Shown piece after piece: positions 36,519 to 46,102 of a stretch of DNA of 64,000 bases. Every line of letters begins with the position of its first letter. The stretch's first letter is position 1. The notes under the pieces were generated by a model. That model made no database searches. It saw only the letters and a list, made by a program, of their open reading frames with translations, and had not been told where the DNA came from. A program made the translations under genes and the position numbers. Where the stretch lies: the IMG/VR virus record IMGVR_UViG_3300046665_000548, positions 1 through 64,000 of that record; one strand, given 5' to 3'.

Positions 36519-36620
36519 CTTACGGACGAAGGGTCAACAAATACCGGGCGCGGTTCTCCCCACCGCACAAGGTTGCTCAGGAGCCCCGTAGGAGATATAT
36601 GCTCTTACGGGGTTTCCTTT
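36519..36620 (+). ncRNA. Candidate late small RNA with anti-SD loop
   Basis: TAAATA 36513-36518; hairpin GCGGT-TCTCCCC-ACCGC; strong terminator 36580-36620; no ORF. Confidence 0.35.
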
Positions 36621-36877
36621 TATCCCCATCTCAATTTGAAATGGGTCGCCGCAACCGGATCATTAAAGCAGAATTTGTAGTTGATGCACGCCCATTGCGC
36701 GCTTAGATCGATGGCCCATTGTGAATTTGGACCAAGCGTTGTTCCTGTCTTGCCGAAATTATCCCGGCACCAATCCATCGCTTCCCACATGTGATCCAGT
36801 TTGTATTCGTAATCCACAACAAACGGGAAATAGCTCGGACCTTCGTTGACCATTTCAGAATATGTTAGCTTATGCAT
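36620..36877 (-). CDS. Hypothetical protein, FKLRW-ended paralog family
   Basis: AMDWCRDNFG...FNDPVAATHFKLRWG. Confidence 0.8.
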   Translation of the reverse strand: MHKLTYSEMVNEGPSYFPFVVDYEYKLDHMWEAMDWCRDNFGKTGTTLGPNSQWAIDLSAQWACINYKFCFNDPVAATHFKLRWG

Positions 36878-36885
36878 GAAACACT

Positions 36886-37203
36886 TTATCCCCAGAAGAC
36901 ACGAAAAAGTGCGGCGTCTGTTTGGCTACGAAAGCAAAAGTTCTCTCCGAGCATGTCCCATCGAGCAGACTCATCAAGCTTCCATGAAAGCTCAAGCATT
37001 TGTTCAAGAGGTAAAGTGAATGCCATCTGCCCGTATTCGCTTTTGCACCAATCAATCGCTGCATTGAGCTTTCTTCTTTGAGAGCCACGGTCGGCCTCTT
37101 CAGGTAGACTAACCGAATGCGGCATGTTTTGCTGAATGAACTTTGCTATCTCATGTAACTTTAGCATATAGATATTATTCACGGCAATCATAAGACGTAA
37201 CAC
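36886..37203 (-). CDS. Hypothetical protein, FKLRW-ended paralog family
   Basis: AIDWCKSEYG...FRSQTDAALFRVFWG; start may be 37167. Confidence 0.75.
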   Translation of the reverse strand: MLRLMIAVNNIYMLKLHEIAKFIQQNMPHSVSLPEEADRGSQRRKLNAAIDWCKSEYGQMAFTLPLEQMLELSWKLDESARWDMLGENFCFRSQTDAALFRVFWG

Positions 37204-37254
37204 CGAGGTATAATGACAAAGGGAGGAGTTGAACTCCTCCCTTGCCTAATATTA

Positions 37255-38187
37255 TTACTTTGGATTAGCCCTATCCCTGATTGCAGGGAGCGCGTTTGTA
37301 ACCGCCCGTAGAAGATTATCGTACGCGCCAGAATTGCGGTCGATCCAGTCAGTATTTGCGATAAACACCGCATCTACCGCGAACGTGTTGGCTGAGGAGT
37401 GACCGAAGAGCGCACCGGACGGCATAAGGCTGCCATAGGTACCGCTAGGGATTGCTTCGTAGGTGTAGATCGGACGGCCCTTGGCGTCCTTTTCTTTGTC
37501 AACGCCTTCGTTAACGTTAACGAGAACTACCTTGTCGGCAAACTTCTGCGCATCTTTCTTCAGAAGCTGATCACCAAGACCACCGACGTAAAGCGTGCAA
37601 GTTACCTCGGAACCGTCCTGGATGGCCGTTAGAGCCCGCAGACCGTCCTTAGGAGAGGTTTCGATGTCCTTGTAGCGATCCTTGTCGGTAGCGAGCAGGA
37701 ACTGCCACACAACGTTCGCCCCCGTCCCCTCGGGACCGATAGCCACGACGTGACCCTTCTTCAAATGCGAGAGCTTGGTGATCCCAGATTCGCGATTGCA
37801 AAGAAGGTGAACGTATTCCTTGTACATGGCCATACCACGTTCGACCTTCGAGATCGAAGTCGGGTCTAGTTCTTTGTACACCCGGATAGCATCGTTCTGA
37901 GCGAATGCCACGTCGCATGATCCGTTGGTGACACGCTGGACGTTTTCCAGCGAACCCTGCGTCAGAACTGGCTGGATAGCCATCGACGGCGCGAAACGTG
38001 CCATCTGCTGAGCAGCATAGAAATAGTTTCCGCCTTGTCTGCCGGTGCAGACGCGAAGAACCGGCTTCGTCTGTGCTCCACCAGCGCTGGGCGAACCCAT
38101 CTGTCCTGGTGGACGATACTGAGCCAGTGCCGTTGTCGAACATACCACGACGGCAAGCGCGGCCAAAATGCGAGTGAAACTTTTCAT
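37255..38187 (-). CDS. TAXI-family TRAP substrate-binding protein
   Basis: Signal peptide; TGRQGGNY, TQGSLENV, AFAQND, YKEYVHL, IGPEGTG. Confidence 0.85.
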   Translation of the reverse strand: MKSFTRILAALAVVVCSTTALAQYRPPGQMGSPSAGGAQTKPVLRVCTGRQGGNYFYAAQQMARFAPSMAIQPVLTQGSLENVQRVTNGSCDVAFAQNDAIRVYKELDPTSISKVERGMAMYKEYVHLLCNRESGITKLSHLKKGHVVAIGPEGTGANVVWQFLLATDKDRYKDIETSPKDGLRALTAIQDGSEVTCTLYVGGLGDQLLKKDAQKFADKVVLVNVNEGVDKEKDAKGRPIYTYEAIPSGTYGSLMPSGALFGHSSANTFAVDAVFIANTDWIDRNSGAYDNLLRAVTNALPAIRDRANPK

Positions 38188-38264
38188 AAGAAATGCCTCG
38201 AAAGGAGTGAAGGTTTGGAAGAGGGAGGATGGCACCAAAGTTAGATGCCACCCGATATTGTCGA

Positions 38265-39002
38265 TTACCAGTCGCTTGACGACGAGGAAGAAGAAGACCC
38301 CGAGTCGTAAGACGAAGAAGAACCAGAATCGTAAGACGAGGAAGACGACGATCCCCAATCACTAGACGAAGATGAGGAAGACGAAGAGGATGATCCCCAT
38401 GAAGAATCGCTAGACGAAGAAGAGGATGACGACGACTTGTCGAGTTCTTCCGATGTGATCGGAGCGAGAGCTTCACCATAACGTTCGGTGCTCTTGCTAT
38501 AAGAGCCGCTGTCAAGCTGTTCCGAAGTAATCGGAGCCAAAGCAGCAGGCTCGTCACTGGTCGGAGCCCGATCATAGACATGGTGAACAGTAGTTGACGA
38601 CGAAGCCTGAGTGCCATGGTTCGACAACATCGATCCAATCATCATTCCGAGCGCGATATCGCCGGTAGTGCTGCTGGTGTTGTTGATAGTGGTCGTAGGC
38701 TGGGTCGGAGTCGGCTGAGTTGCAGTCTGCTGAGTCGTATAACCGCTTGAATAACCGCCGCCAGTGTAACCTCTGCCAGCATAAGGGGCATTACGAGCTT
38801 CTTCCATTCGAGCCACTGCGGCGGCAACACGATCTTCTTCAACAGCAGCACTAGCCGAATAAAGCTTGTAGCCAATCCACGCACCGTACAAAGCGAGAGC
38901 AGCGATAATCAACAAACCGCCTTTCGTTGCTGCAATGTACAAGAGGCCGAGAACGATGAGAATATCGAGCGTAGCCTTGATCTTTCCGTATTTTTCCAAC
39001 AT
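38265..39002 (-). CDS. Membrane protein with Ser/Asp-rich tail
   Basis: Two TM segments; C-terminal SSSSDWG/SYDSG repeats. Confidence 0.8.
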   Translation of the reverse strand: MLEKYGKIKATLDILIVLGLLYIAATKGGLLIIAALALYGAWIGYKLYSASAAVEEDRVAAAVARMEEARNAPYAGRGYTGGGYSSGYTTQQTATQPTPTQPTTTINNTSSTTGDIALGMMIGSMLSNHGTQASSSTTVHHVYDRAPTSDEPAALAPITSEQLDSGSYSKSTERYGEALAPITSEELDKSSSSSSSSSDSSWGSSSSSSSSSSSDWGSSSSSSYDSGSSSSYDSGSSSSSSSSDW

Positions 39003-39069
39003 TTGAATGAAATATACTTTCTAAAAAAAAGGGGAGCCCGGAATGGACTCCCCCTGTATAGAAGCGTGA

Positions 39070-39417
39070 TTAGCGCTTCTTCTTACCCTTGACAGTTTCC
39101 TTTACAGCTTCCTCTACCTGCTCAACCGCAGACTTTGCGGTATCAACGGCAGAGTGAGCAGCACGCGAGGCAGCATCGACGGCGGTTGCAGATGCGGTTT
39201 CAACCGCATCAACAGCACCCGTGAAGGCGGTCTCGGTGGATTCGATGATGTCCTTCGTTTGGCCACTGGTAGAGATCGCAGCACGGACCGCGAGAGCAGC
39301 GGCAACAACCGCTACACCGAGAGCAATGATGGAGATCAGACCAGTCGTGAACACGACGAAGAAGAGGGCAACAACAGCCAAAACGGCATAGGCCCAGAAA
39401 CGAATGTTAGACAACAT
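39070..39417 (-). CDS. Membrane protein
   Basis: GAGG SD; two TM segments then Ala-rich helix. Confidence 0.75.
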   Translation of the reverse strand: MLSNIRFWAYAVLAVVALFFVVFTTGLISIIALGVAVVAAALAVRAAISTSGQTKDIIESTETAFTGAVDAVETASATAVDAASRAAHSAVDTAKSAVEQVEEAVKETVKGKKKR

Positions 39418-39476
39418 AATGGTCCTCAAAAAAAGAGAAGTCTCAAAAAAACGTAATCAATAAAAATCAAGTTTGA

Positions 39477-39553
39477 TGGTGTGGGAGGAAGGATTTGAAC
39501 CCCCGACCTCTGAGCTTGCATCTCAGCGCGCTACCAGACTGCGCCACCCCCAC
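39477..39553 (-). tRNA. Atypical tRNA, anticodon GCA (nominally Cys), A73
   Basis: GTGGGGG/CTCCCAC-A-CCA; D arm GCGC-AGTCTGGTA-GCGC; CTGAG-ATGCAAG-CTCAG. Confidence 0.8.
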
Positions 39554-39606
39554 ATCAATAATTCAGGTCTAGACCTCGGGAACTCTAGAGTCAAATTCCA
39601 AATGTA

Positions 39607-40191
39607 CTACGACTTCTTCCTAGTCCGAGCGGCTACAAAACCGCTCTCCTCTCGACCGAATACAGTCAATGAAGCAACTAGCATGTGGGCTGGTTGATTG
39701 ACCAACCATAAACAAGTTTCTGCGACATCATCTGGAGAAAGTTTTGTTATTCCCGTTGCCCATTCCCCCATCGGAGTTTCTACATATCCAGGTTTGATAT
39801 TGATGATCCGGCAGGCCGACGACCTAGATAGTTGCTCCGATGCCTTGTCAAGCGCGGCTTTATTGATGGCATAGAATGATCTATCCAACATGATCCCATC
39901 TGAGGCCGTACTCGATATATTCACGATAGTCTTGGATTTTTGATTCTGCCAAATATCGCGTATGGCAAAGAGCAGATTGATCTGAGCGAAACCGTTTTGG
40001 AACGAGAATGCGTTGTTCACGAATACATCGCTCTTGGATGCCTCGGCCGCGATTTTGAAAGCCATTCCTGGCTCTGTTAAATCATGACCGGTCGCTCTGG
40101 AAAATCCCGTTACTGTATGACCTTCTGCGGTGTACCGATCAGCTATTGCTTTTCCGATCCCGGAGGTATGCCCAGTGATGGCGATTTTCAT
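39607..40191 (-). CDS. Short-chain dehydrogenase/reductase
   Basis: ITGHTSGIG, VNNA, NISS, YAINK, PGYVET. Confidence 0.9.
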   Translation of the reverse strand: MKIAITGHTSGIGKAIADRYTAEGHTVTGFSRATGHDLTEPGMAFKIAAEASKSDVFVNNAFSFQNGFAQINLLFAIRDIWQNQKSKTIVNISSTASDGIMLDRSFYAINKAALDKASEQLSRSSACRIINIKPGYVETPMGEWATGITKLSPDDVAETCLWLVNQPAHMLVASLTVFGREESGFVAARTRKKS

Positions 40192-40505
40192 GCTTCTTTT
40201 TTCGTCCGAGTTCGCTTTGGAGCGGCAGTGACTTTTGGCTTACGGCTTCGTGCCCTTGGTTTGGCCTTCGGGGCGGGCTCCTCGGTGTTTTCGGCCGCCA
40301 ATTTGGTGAGATCGATGTGCATCGAACCGGAGATGACAGGGAAGCTCTCTGGCGCAGTCGCCACTGGTTTAGCACCGGTCGGGTCTACGAGATCGAGAAG
40401 CGCGCGCATGGCGGCCTCAAGCTCTACAGCGGCGGCACGAAGGTTTCCCTTTCGATTCCACATCCCAAACATGTCGAGGTGAATTTCTACTTCTTTTCTG
40501 GTCAT
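40188..40505 (-). CDS. Hypothetical protein with basic tail
   Basis: AAGGA SD; Lys/Arg-rich C-terminus. Confidence 0.7.
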   Translation of the reverse strand: MTRKEVEIHLDMFGMWNRKGNLRAAAVELEAAMRALLDLVDPTGAKPVATAPESFPVISGSMHIDLTKLAAENTEEPAPKAKPRARSRKPKVTAAPKRTRTKKEA

Positions 40506-40515
40506 TGTTTTTTCC

Positions 40516-41022
40516 TTAGGTGAAAATCTTCGTGATATCGAGAGATTCTGGAAGCTTGTTGGTGTCCTTCACAAAATATGCGCAGATCGGATCAGGCCCG
40601 TCTGTCAGAGGGACAGCCAGGATATGGCCGTATTTGAGACGCGGCATATGCCACGTGACATCAGGGAAGATGTTTTCGATAGTGATCTCAAAGAAGCTTG
40701 GCATGTAGCTCTTTATCGGATTAAGACCGAACGCTGAGAAGTCTCTGTCATTGAGGTGCTTTAACTCAATGATTTCCATGAAGCCGAAATCCTTGTCAGA
40801 AATGACAATGGACCAGTCTAGCGGCATCTGAATCTTGTAGGGGCCGATTTTCAAATCGGCGGCCGGACGCGGGAATACATCCAGGAAGATCAAGGGAATG
40901 AACATAAAGTCCACGTCTGCTTGATTGGAATAGTCGAGCACACAGTATCGTAGATCGTCTGATACTTGATTCGGCAAATCGTTCATGGAAAATGTTGTGT
41001 TTTCCGGGGTCAAAAGTCTCAG
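40516..41022 (-). CDS. Phage protein of unknown function (probable CTG start)
   Basis: GAGAGGA SD precedes CTG-AGA-CTT-TTG; PLIFL, MPLDWS, VTWHMPRLK. Confidence 0.75.
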   Translation of the reverse strand: MRLLTPENTTFSMNDLPNQVSDDLRYCVLDYSNQADVDFMFIPLIFLDVFPRPAADLKIGPYKIQMPLDWSIVISDKDFGFMEIIELKHLNDRDFSAFGLNPIKSYMPSFFEITIENIFPDVTWHMPRLKYGHILAVPLTDGPDPICAYFVKDTNKLPESLDITKIFT

Positions 41023-41122
41023 AGTAATCCTCTCTTGGTGCAGCGTGGCACCTGAACTAATATTGTTACCCCTGTAGTTTTATCTGAATAAATTCCCACG
41101 GGCAATAATTTAGCAGTGAGAA

Positions 41123-41401
41123 TTAGCCACCTTCTATGATCTCATCACATAGTATTGCCAGTACGTGGCCGTGGCACAGTTGTGGTGCGCAAAAACAGAT
41201 TAGGTTTTTGCCGCGAAGCTCTGGGATGAACGGCAGTAGGTGAGAGCCTTTGTCGGTGATCCAGTGTGCGTATTTCGCTACGACGGCCTCGCGGTCGCCA
41301 TCCGGGCCGATCTTAAAAGGATTTCCCCATCGGCTGCCTCGGCCGATATACACGTCATCAGGGGTAGGCTTGTGGGTGTATTTGTTAACGACGTTGGTCA
41401 T
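41123..41401 (-). CDS. DUF4326-family protein
   Basis: VYIGRGSRWGNPF, LRGKNLICFCAPQLCHGHVL. Confidence 0.9.
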   Translation of the reverse strand: MTNVVNKYTHKPTPDDVYIGRGSRWGNPFKIGPDGDREAVVAKYAHWITDKGSHLLPFIPELRGKNLICFCAPQLCHGHVLAILCDEIIEGG

Positions 41402-41718
41402 AGCCAAAACAGTTTAAAGAGGGCCGCATCATTCTTTGACTTGAAGCCCACCATGAGCCAATCCGTCACTACAAAGTCGCTCCGACTTTGTTCATACAGC
41501 CATGCCTTGATAGCGCCGAGCTTGACTCTTTCGCTTTCTTTGTCCTTCGAGAAAACCAAAGACTTCAGGTCCAACGAGTATTCGTAGTCATCCCCGTAAA
41601 AACCTTCAAAAATTCTCCTACGAGCATTGGCTGTTAGGCTCACTAGAAAAGCTTTGTCTATCTCCATGTATGGTTGCTCCAACATGAGAGTCGCAATCTG
41701 TTGTTCAAATCCACTCAC
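41398..41718 (-). CDS. Hypothetical protein, FKLRW-ended paralog family
   Basis: Ends FKSKNDAALFKLFWL. Confidence 0.75.
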   Translation of the reverse strand: MSGFEQQIATLMLEQPYMEIDKAFLVSLTANARRRIFEGFYGDDYEYSLDLKSLVFSKDKESERVKLGAIKAWLYEQSRSDFVVTDWLMVGFKSKNDAALFKLFWL

Positions 41719-42248
41719 GATGTCTTCTGTCGAAGTAAACTACCGCTCTGATAAAGGTCTACGATATGCTCAAATGTAGCCTTTAATCCGATCTGAAAGG
41801 CGATCCGTACTGCGTTTTGATTGGCAACCAAGTGTGGTCTCTGCGTATCGACCAGCGTGGGACGATCATTTTTGTAAGTGTGTTGATAAACACAACGTCC
41901 ATCTTCGTGCCATTCGATGGGAGCGTAATGCTCGGCTTCCGGGGTTAGCGGAAACTGGATCACGCACCCACGCTCGTCATCGACGTGCAAATTGATTCCA
42001 AGGTGGGGAAAGAATTGCAGCAAGGCTGGTTGGACTGGAATATCTCCAAAGCAAAATTCGTCCAACAGAATGTTGATGTATGGAAAACGAGCGCGGTGAT
42101 CCTCCATAAGCTTTAGGACCTTGTGATGGTGAATTCCCCCTTTGCTATTACGAAAGAAGGTCATTTCTGGCTTTAGCGTCTTCGCCATCTCATGCAGTTG
42201 TGCTCGGTCGTAAGTTACCTCAGGGATTTCGAGCGCGTACGGCAGCAT
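41715..42248 (-). CDS. Putative 2OG-Fe(II)/cupin-type oxygenase
   Basis: HVD...LVDTQRPHLV...R. Confidence 0.65.
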   Translation of the reverse strand: MLPYALEIPEVTYDRAQLHEMAKTLKPEMTFFRNSKGGIHHHKVLKLMEDHRARFPYINILLDEFCFGDIPVQPALLQFFPHLGINLHVDDERGCVIQFPLTPEAEHYAPIEWHEDGRCVYQHTYKNDRPTLVDTQRPHLVANQNAVRIAFQIGLKATFEHIVDLYQSGSLLRQKTS

Positions 42249-43702
42249 CAGTAGTTCACCTTAGATATTTTGAACGGGTACTCGGCATCCTTGTAAAAGA
42301 CCTTTCGCTTGGCTAGATGGCGACCAGAGAATTTCAGGGTCGAGCACAGATCGTAGATGTTCACAGCATCCTTATCGCCAGCCTTGCGCAAGCCGCGTCC
42401 GATGCTCTGAATTACGCGAACGAAAGACTTTCCTGCTTCCACCAAAACAAGGTTGAAGATGCGAGGAATGTTGATGCCGACCGCCGCCACGCCATAGGTC
42501 GCGATGATGATCTTGCCCTCTGCGGTCTGGACCTCTTTGTATTCTTTCTTGCGATCCTTTGATTTCACGCGCCCACTGATGAACACGCTATCTGGAATCA
42601 TCTCCTGAAGGTACTCGCCAGTCTCAATTCGATCTACCAGGATCAGCGTGTTGCCGGTCTTGTTGATCTCAAAGCAATAGTCCGCAATCCAATCCAGGCG
42701 TGGCTTGTGCGTAGTGAGGTATTCGTACTCATCCGGATAGGTTCGAAATTCCACGTCATCATCTACGGTCTGAATGATATCCACCGAGCACGCCGCGAGA
42801 ACGCCTTCGTCCTGGAGCGTCTTCGCGCGAATCTCCCCCACTACTGGGCCAATTGTGGAGAGGAGGGTCAGGAATTCGAAGTCCTCTTTCGGCACAGTGC
42901 CGGTTAGGCCCCATCGAATCGGTACATGCGCGAGCGCGTCGCCCATCAGGTTCTTTAGAACGTCAGCCTTGGCGCTGTGACATTCGTCAATCTGAACGCA
43001 AATCACGCCGTCCGTGAGAGCCTTCAACACTGTAGTATCGCATGTCATCTTGGAGTTCTTGGATGTATATCCGAGAGACTGCCACGTGATGATCGTGTGA
43101 GTGTGACCTAGCTCTTTGCGGTCACCAAAGTAGACTCCCGTGTCTAGACCGAGGTTAAGAAAGTCTTCTTCCGTCTGCTCCACAAGAGATTTCGATGGGA
43201 CTACGACCAGCGTGCGCCCGTATGGCTCGCAAAGCTTAGAAAGTGATGCGGTCAGGAGCGTCTTGCCAGCCCCGGTCGAAATGCTCTGGATGCTTTGAAG
43301 ATTATCCAGGTAGTTCTTGATAGCTTCGACCTGATAGTCGCGCAGGATGATGGGCTCGCCCGCTGCCGGATGACCTTCAGGCCACACCGTATCCGCGAAT
43401 AGCTCCTCAGTAGGCTCAGGGAAGGAGAAATTGAATTGAGGGCGCTGATCATCGATCTCGATCTCGTAGCCTTCGTCAATCACGATAGGCAATACGCGTT
43501 CGAGCAAATTGATATACGTGCCGCCGCCGACGCTAGCGAAGCCGACCTTACCGTCCCAACGTCCCAACTTGAACGCTGGCATATGCCGGGCGTAAGGGAC
43601 GAAGAACTTAAGCTTTTCGACAATCTTTCTTCTAACGAACGGGTCTAAATCGACAAATTTGCAATTAACCTGATCGTCTATTCTAAGAATACACTTCTTC
43701 AT
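42248..43702 (-). CDS. uvsW: SF2 DNA helicase (T4 UvsW-like)
   Basis: LRDYQ, TGAGKT, DECH, GLTGT, QSIGRGLR. Confidence 0.95.
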   Translation of the reverse strand: MKKCILRIDDQVNCKFVDLDPFVRRKIVEKLKFFVPYARHMPAFKLGRWDGKVGFASVGGGTYINLLERVLPIVIDEGYEIEIDDQRPQFNFSFPEPTEELFADTVWPEGHPAAGEPIILRDYQVEAIKNYLDNLQSIQSISTGAGKTLLTASLSKLCEPYGRTLVVVPSKSLVEQTEEDFLNLGLDTGVYFGDRKELGHTHTIITWQSLGYTSKNSKMTCDTTVLKALTDGVICVQIDECHSAKADVLKNLMGDALAHVPIRWGLTGTVPKEDFEFLTLLSTIGPVVGEIRAKTLQDEGVLAACSVDIIQTVDDDVEFRTYPDEYEYLTTHKPRLDWIADYCFEINKTGNTLILVDRIETGEYLQEMIPDSVFISGRVKSKDRKKEYKEVQTAEGKIIIATYGVAAVGINIPRIFNLVLVEAGKSFVRVIQSIGRGLRKAGDKDAVNIYDLCSTLKFSGRHLAKRKVFYKDAEYPFKISKVNY

Positions 43703-43788
43703 TTACTCGCAACAACTTTACTGAAATATACTTGAAGCCTAACGGCCTCGTAGCAGATCGGCAATAATCGCCTGCTATACTTATCGGT

Positions 43789-44139
43789 TTATGAGAACGT
43801 CAGCTTGTACAGAGTGGCATCGTGAACGTCTGAAAACCACGCCGTCGATCCCGCTGCTGGGTTATTGTCGTAAAATCCGACTTGTCCTCTGCATTGATCT
43901 TTCACGAATAGTGCAAAATCGTCAAAGCTAGGAGCATGCGAAAAATCGGCGCGATGAGGACAGCATTGCTCCATCACGCATTCATATGCAGTAACCGCGT
44001 CTTCGTAACTGACACGCCACGTTTTAGTGAGAAAGAACTTCTCCGCTCTATCGTAATGCCAAAAGAACGGAGATGGTTTGGTGCCGAGAAGCTTTACCCC
44101 GTATCGAGTAAGAGTGGAGACTAGAACGCTGTCGCTCAT
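43789..44139 (-). CDS. Hypothetical protein, FKLRW-ended paralog family
   Basis: Ends WFSDVHDATLYKLTFS. Confidence 0.75.
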   Translation of the reverse strand: MSDSVLVSTLTRYGVKLLGTKPSPFFWHYDRAEKFFLTKTWRVSYEDAVTAYECVMEQCCPHRADFSHAPSFDDFALFVKDQCRGQVGFYDNNPAAGSTAWFSDVHDATLYKLTFS

Positions 44140-44483
44140 CCCCATCTCAACTTGAACTCAATAGCATGCGTCTGCTTTGCAAAATGAAATACCCAGAAAA
44201 TCCGTTGCGTGCCATCTTCTGAATCTTCAAACACCGCGTGGTAGTAATACTGATCTGCACCGGGAAAACGATCTAATAACCAGAGCAATATATCTTCGCC
44301 AGCATTTTGAATTACACTATCCCAATTCAGAACTACTTTATGGATCATCATCGGTGGCATTGGTCCATGCGCCCTTGGTGGCGGAACCTCCAGTTCATAC
44401 GTCCATCTAGCCTTCAACATGAGATATCTCGCTTGAACAACAATTTTCTCGATATCAAATTCCATCTCAGAAAAAGTCACCAA
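44136..44483 (-). CDS. Hypothetical protein, FKLRW-ended paralog family
   Basis: Ends FAKQTHAIEFKLRWG. Confidence 0.75.
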   Translation of the reverse strand: MVTFSEMEFDIEKIVVQARYLMLKARWTYELEVPPPRAHGPMPPMMIHKVVLNWDSVIQNAGEDILLWLLDRFPGADQYYYHAVFEDSEDGTQRIFWVFHFAKQTHAIEFKLRWG

Positions 44484-45348
44484 CGGAAACCTTCAATGTA
44501 TCTTCGTCAAGCGCGGATTTTTCATCCTTCGGGTAGTAGTCTTCCTCGGGCATTTTAAACTTGAGCAAGTCCGTAATCACGTTGAACATGAAATAAGTGT
44601 CTACAGGTCTGAATTTGACGAAGCCGCGCGCCTGAAGGTTCTCAAACAAGCCAACTCTACCCCGCTCCACCGGAGGTGGATTAATGCAGTTGAGCGGCGC
44701 GGTTGGAAAGATCGTCGCCACCGCATGGGAGACTTGTTGCTCTGCTCTGGAACCCCACCCGACCTGGGGGAGCAGTTGGCGACCTACAGGACAGATAACA
44801 ATTGTGCGAGGGAATTCTCGTGCCGGGCCGTGATACTTTGCTCCGTGCGGAGAAGTTACATCAAACCGTTCATGTTCGGTATGGGCGTCGAGAACCAAGA
44901 GTCCCTGGCGTCGGCTATTAATGACATCATGATTGACGAGATCATTCGGGCTCAAGATTAACATCTGTGCCGTATCATCCGATGCCTTCTCGGTGATGGT
45001 TATCCCTAAACGACGGGCGAGCACCGCCCATTCGCCAGCATGCCAAGTAGCGACCACAATAGGGAACGCGTTTGCCAACAAAGCGCTCCCCAGGATGGCT
45101 CGACGTGCCAACATAGCTTGTTCCGAGACCACAACGGCGCGGTTCTGACAGTCGGCCAATTGTTGGATGGTCAGCTTTTCTTCTTTGGTCGGATTAAACT
45201 TGAGACGAGCGAAATCCTCTTCTTGAAGAAGCCCGACCTCCGCGAGATTGCTGATTTCCGGATCAACCTCAGTGTTTGAGATCGACGCGAGCTTTACGAT
45301 CCGGCGCGCAGCACCCGGAGTAGCCTTCAGTACGAATTCCTGGTTCAA
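44467..45348 (-). CDS. Hypothetical protein (possibly degenerate helicase-like fold)
   Basis: TTG 45348 after GGAG; LLVLDAH. Confidence 0.65.
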   Translation of the reverse strand: MNQEFVLKATPGAARRIVKLASISNTEVDPEISNLAEVGLLQEEDFARLKFNPTKEEKLTIQQLADCQNRAVVVSEQAMLARRAILGSALLANAFPIVVATWHAGEWAVLARRLGITITEKASDDTAQMLILSPNDLVNHDVINSRRQGLLVLDAHTEHERFDVTSPHGAKYHGPAREFPRTIVICPVGRQLLPQVGWGSRAEQQVSHAVATIFPTAPLNCINPPPVERGRVGLFENLQARGFVKFRPVDTYFMFNVITDLLKFKMPEEDYYPKDEKSALDEDTLKVSVGDFF

Positions 45349-46025
45349 ACTACTTCTCCGTTCAAAACGTTTTGTACCCACCAAGCGATCAGTTCATTAT
45401 CACCAACCTCTGCTGAGATCAGGCCGACCTCTGGATCGACAGCAAAACCGGCCGGTTGGTCGAGCGAATTGGACGCACGCACGAGATATTCGACAACTTC
45501 ATCATCGAAGCCGAAACGATGCTTAGAGATAAGCTCCTGCACAGGCTTGATGGTGTCTCGCGTTACCGGAACAACCCAAACGCGATGCTGAGAATGGAAC
45601 CAGTTGTACTTTTCGATCATGCCGGTGCCCTTCGGTCGAAGACGTTTGATGTCGTTTTTGATGACATCGTTCATCTTAAATCTGAAGGCTAAGCAGTTGT
45701 CGCCTATGTACCGAACCTCGCGAGGAACACTCGCGCTCGTATACGGAGTATGCCGATATGTTGGGAACTCGATGAGGTTCCTGATCTTTTGTTCTTCGAC
45801 CAGTTCAGCGACAACCATTTTGCGCTCAAAACGCTTGAGCATTTTGAGGACAATCTTGGACTGCTCGGTTGAAAGCGGTTTGTCTTTTCGGATGTAGGCA
45901 ACGACGTTCGTGACGAATCGAAGGTCCCAATTCTGTTCAGTCGAAACCGCATCTACAAATTGAATTCCATAATCGTCAACCTTCAGCAATTTCGCGAGAA
46001 GTTCGAGGCCATCTTCAACCTTCAT
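45345..46025 (-). CDS. Phage protein of unknown function
   Basis: AAGGA SD; PLSTEQ; WFHSQHRVWVVP. Confidence 0.75.
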   Translation of the reverse strand: MKVEDGLELLAKLLKVDDYGIQFVDAVSTEQNWDLRFVTNVVAYIRKDKPLSTEQSKIVLKMLKRFERKMVVAELVEEQKIRNLIEFPTYRHTPYTSASVPREVRYIGDNCLAFRFKMNDVIKNDIKRLRPKGTGMIEKYNWFHSQHRVWVVPVTRDTIKPVQELISKHRFGFDDEVVEYLVRASNSLDQPAGFAVDPEVGLISAEVGDNELIAWWVQNVLNGEVV

Positions 46026-46102
46026 CGTAAAGTCCTTTTTTGCAATAAACAGACCTTGGACTGCTCGGTTCGAGATGTCAAAATGTGTCGTTTCGAAATC
46101 CC

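Noticed and set aside
38188-38358. N-terminal extension of the TAXI ORF
   Set aside because: It comes from the Ser-rich tail of the upstream gene; the signal peptide begins at ATG 38187
39515-39521. Reading the minus-strand tRNA as Ala(UGC)
   Set aside because: The 5-bp stem places GCA at 34-36 and there is no G3:U70
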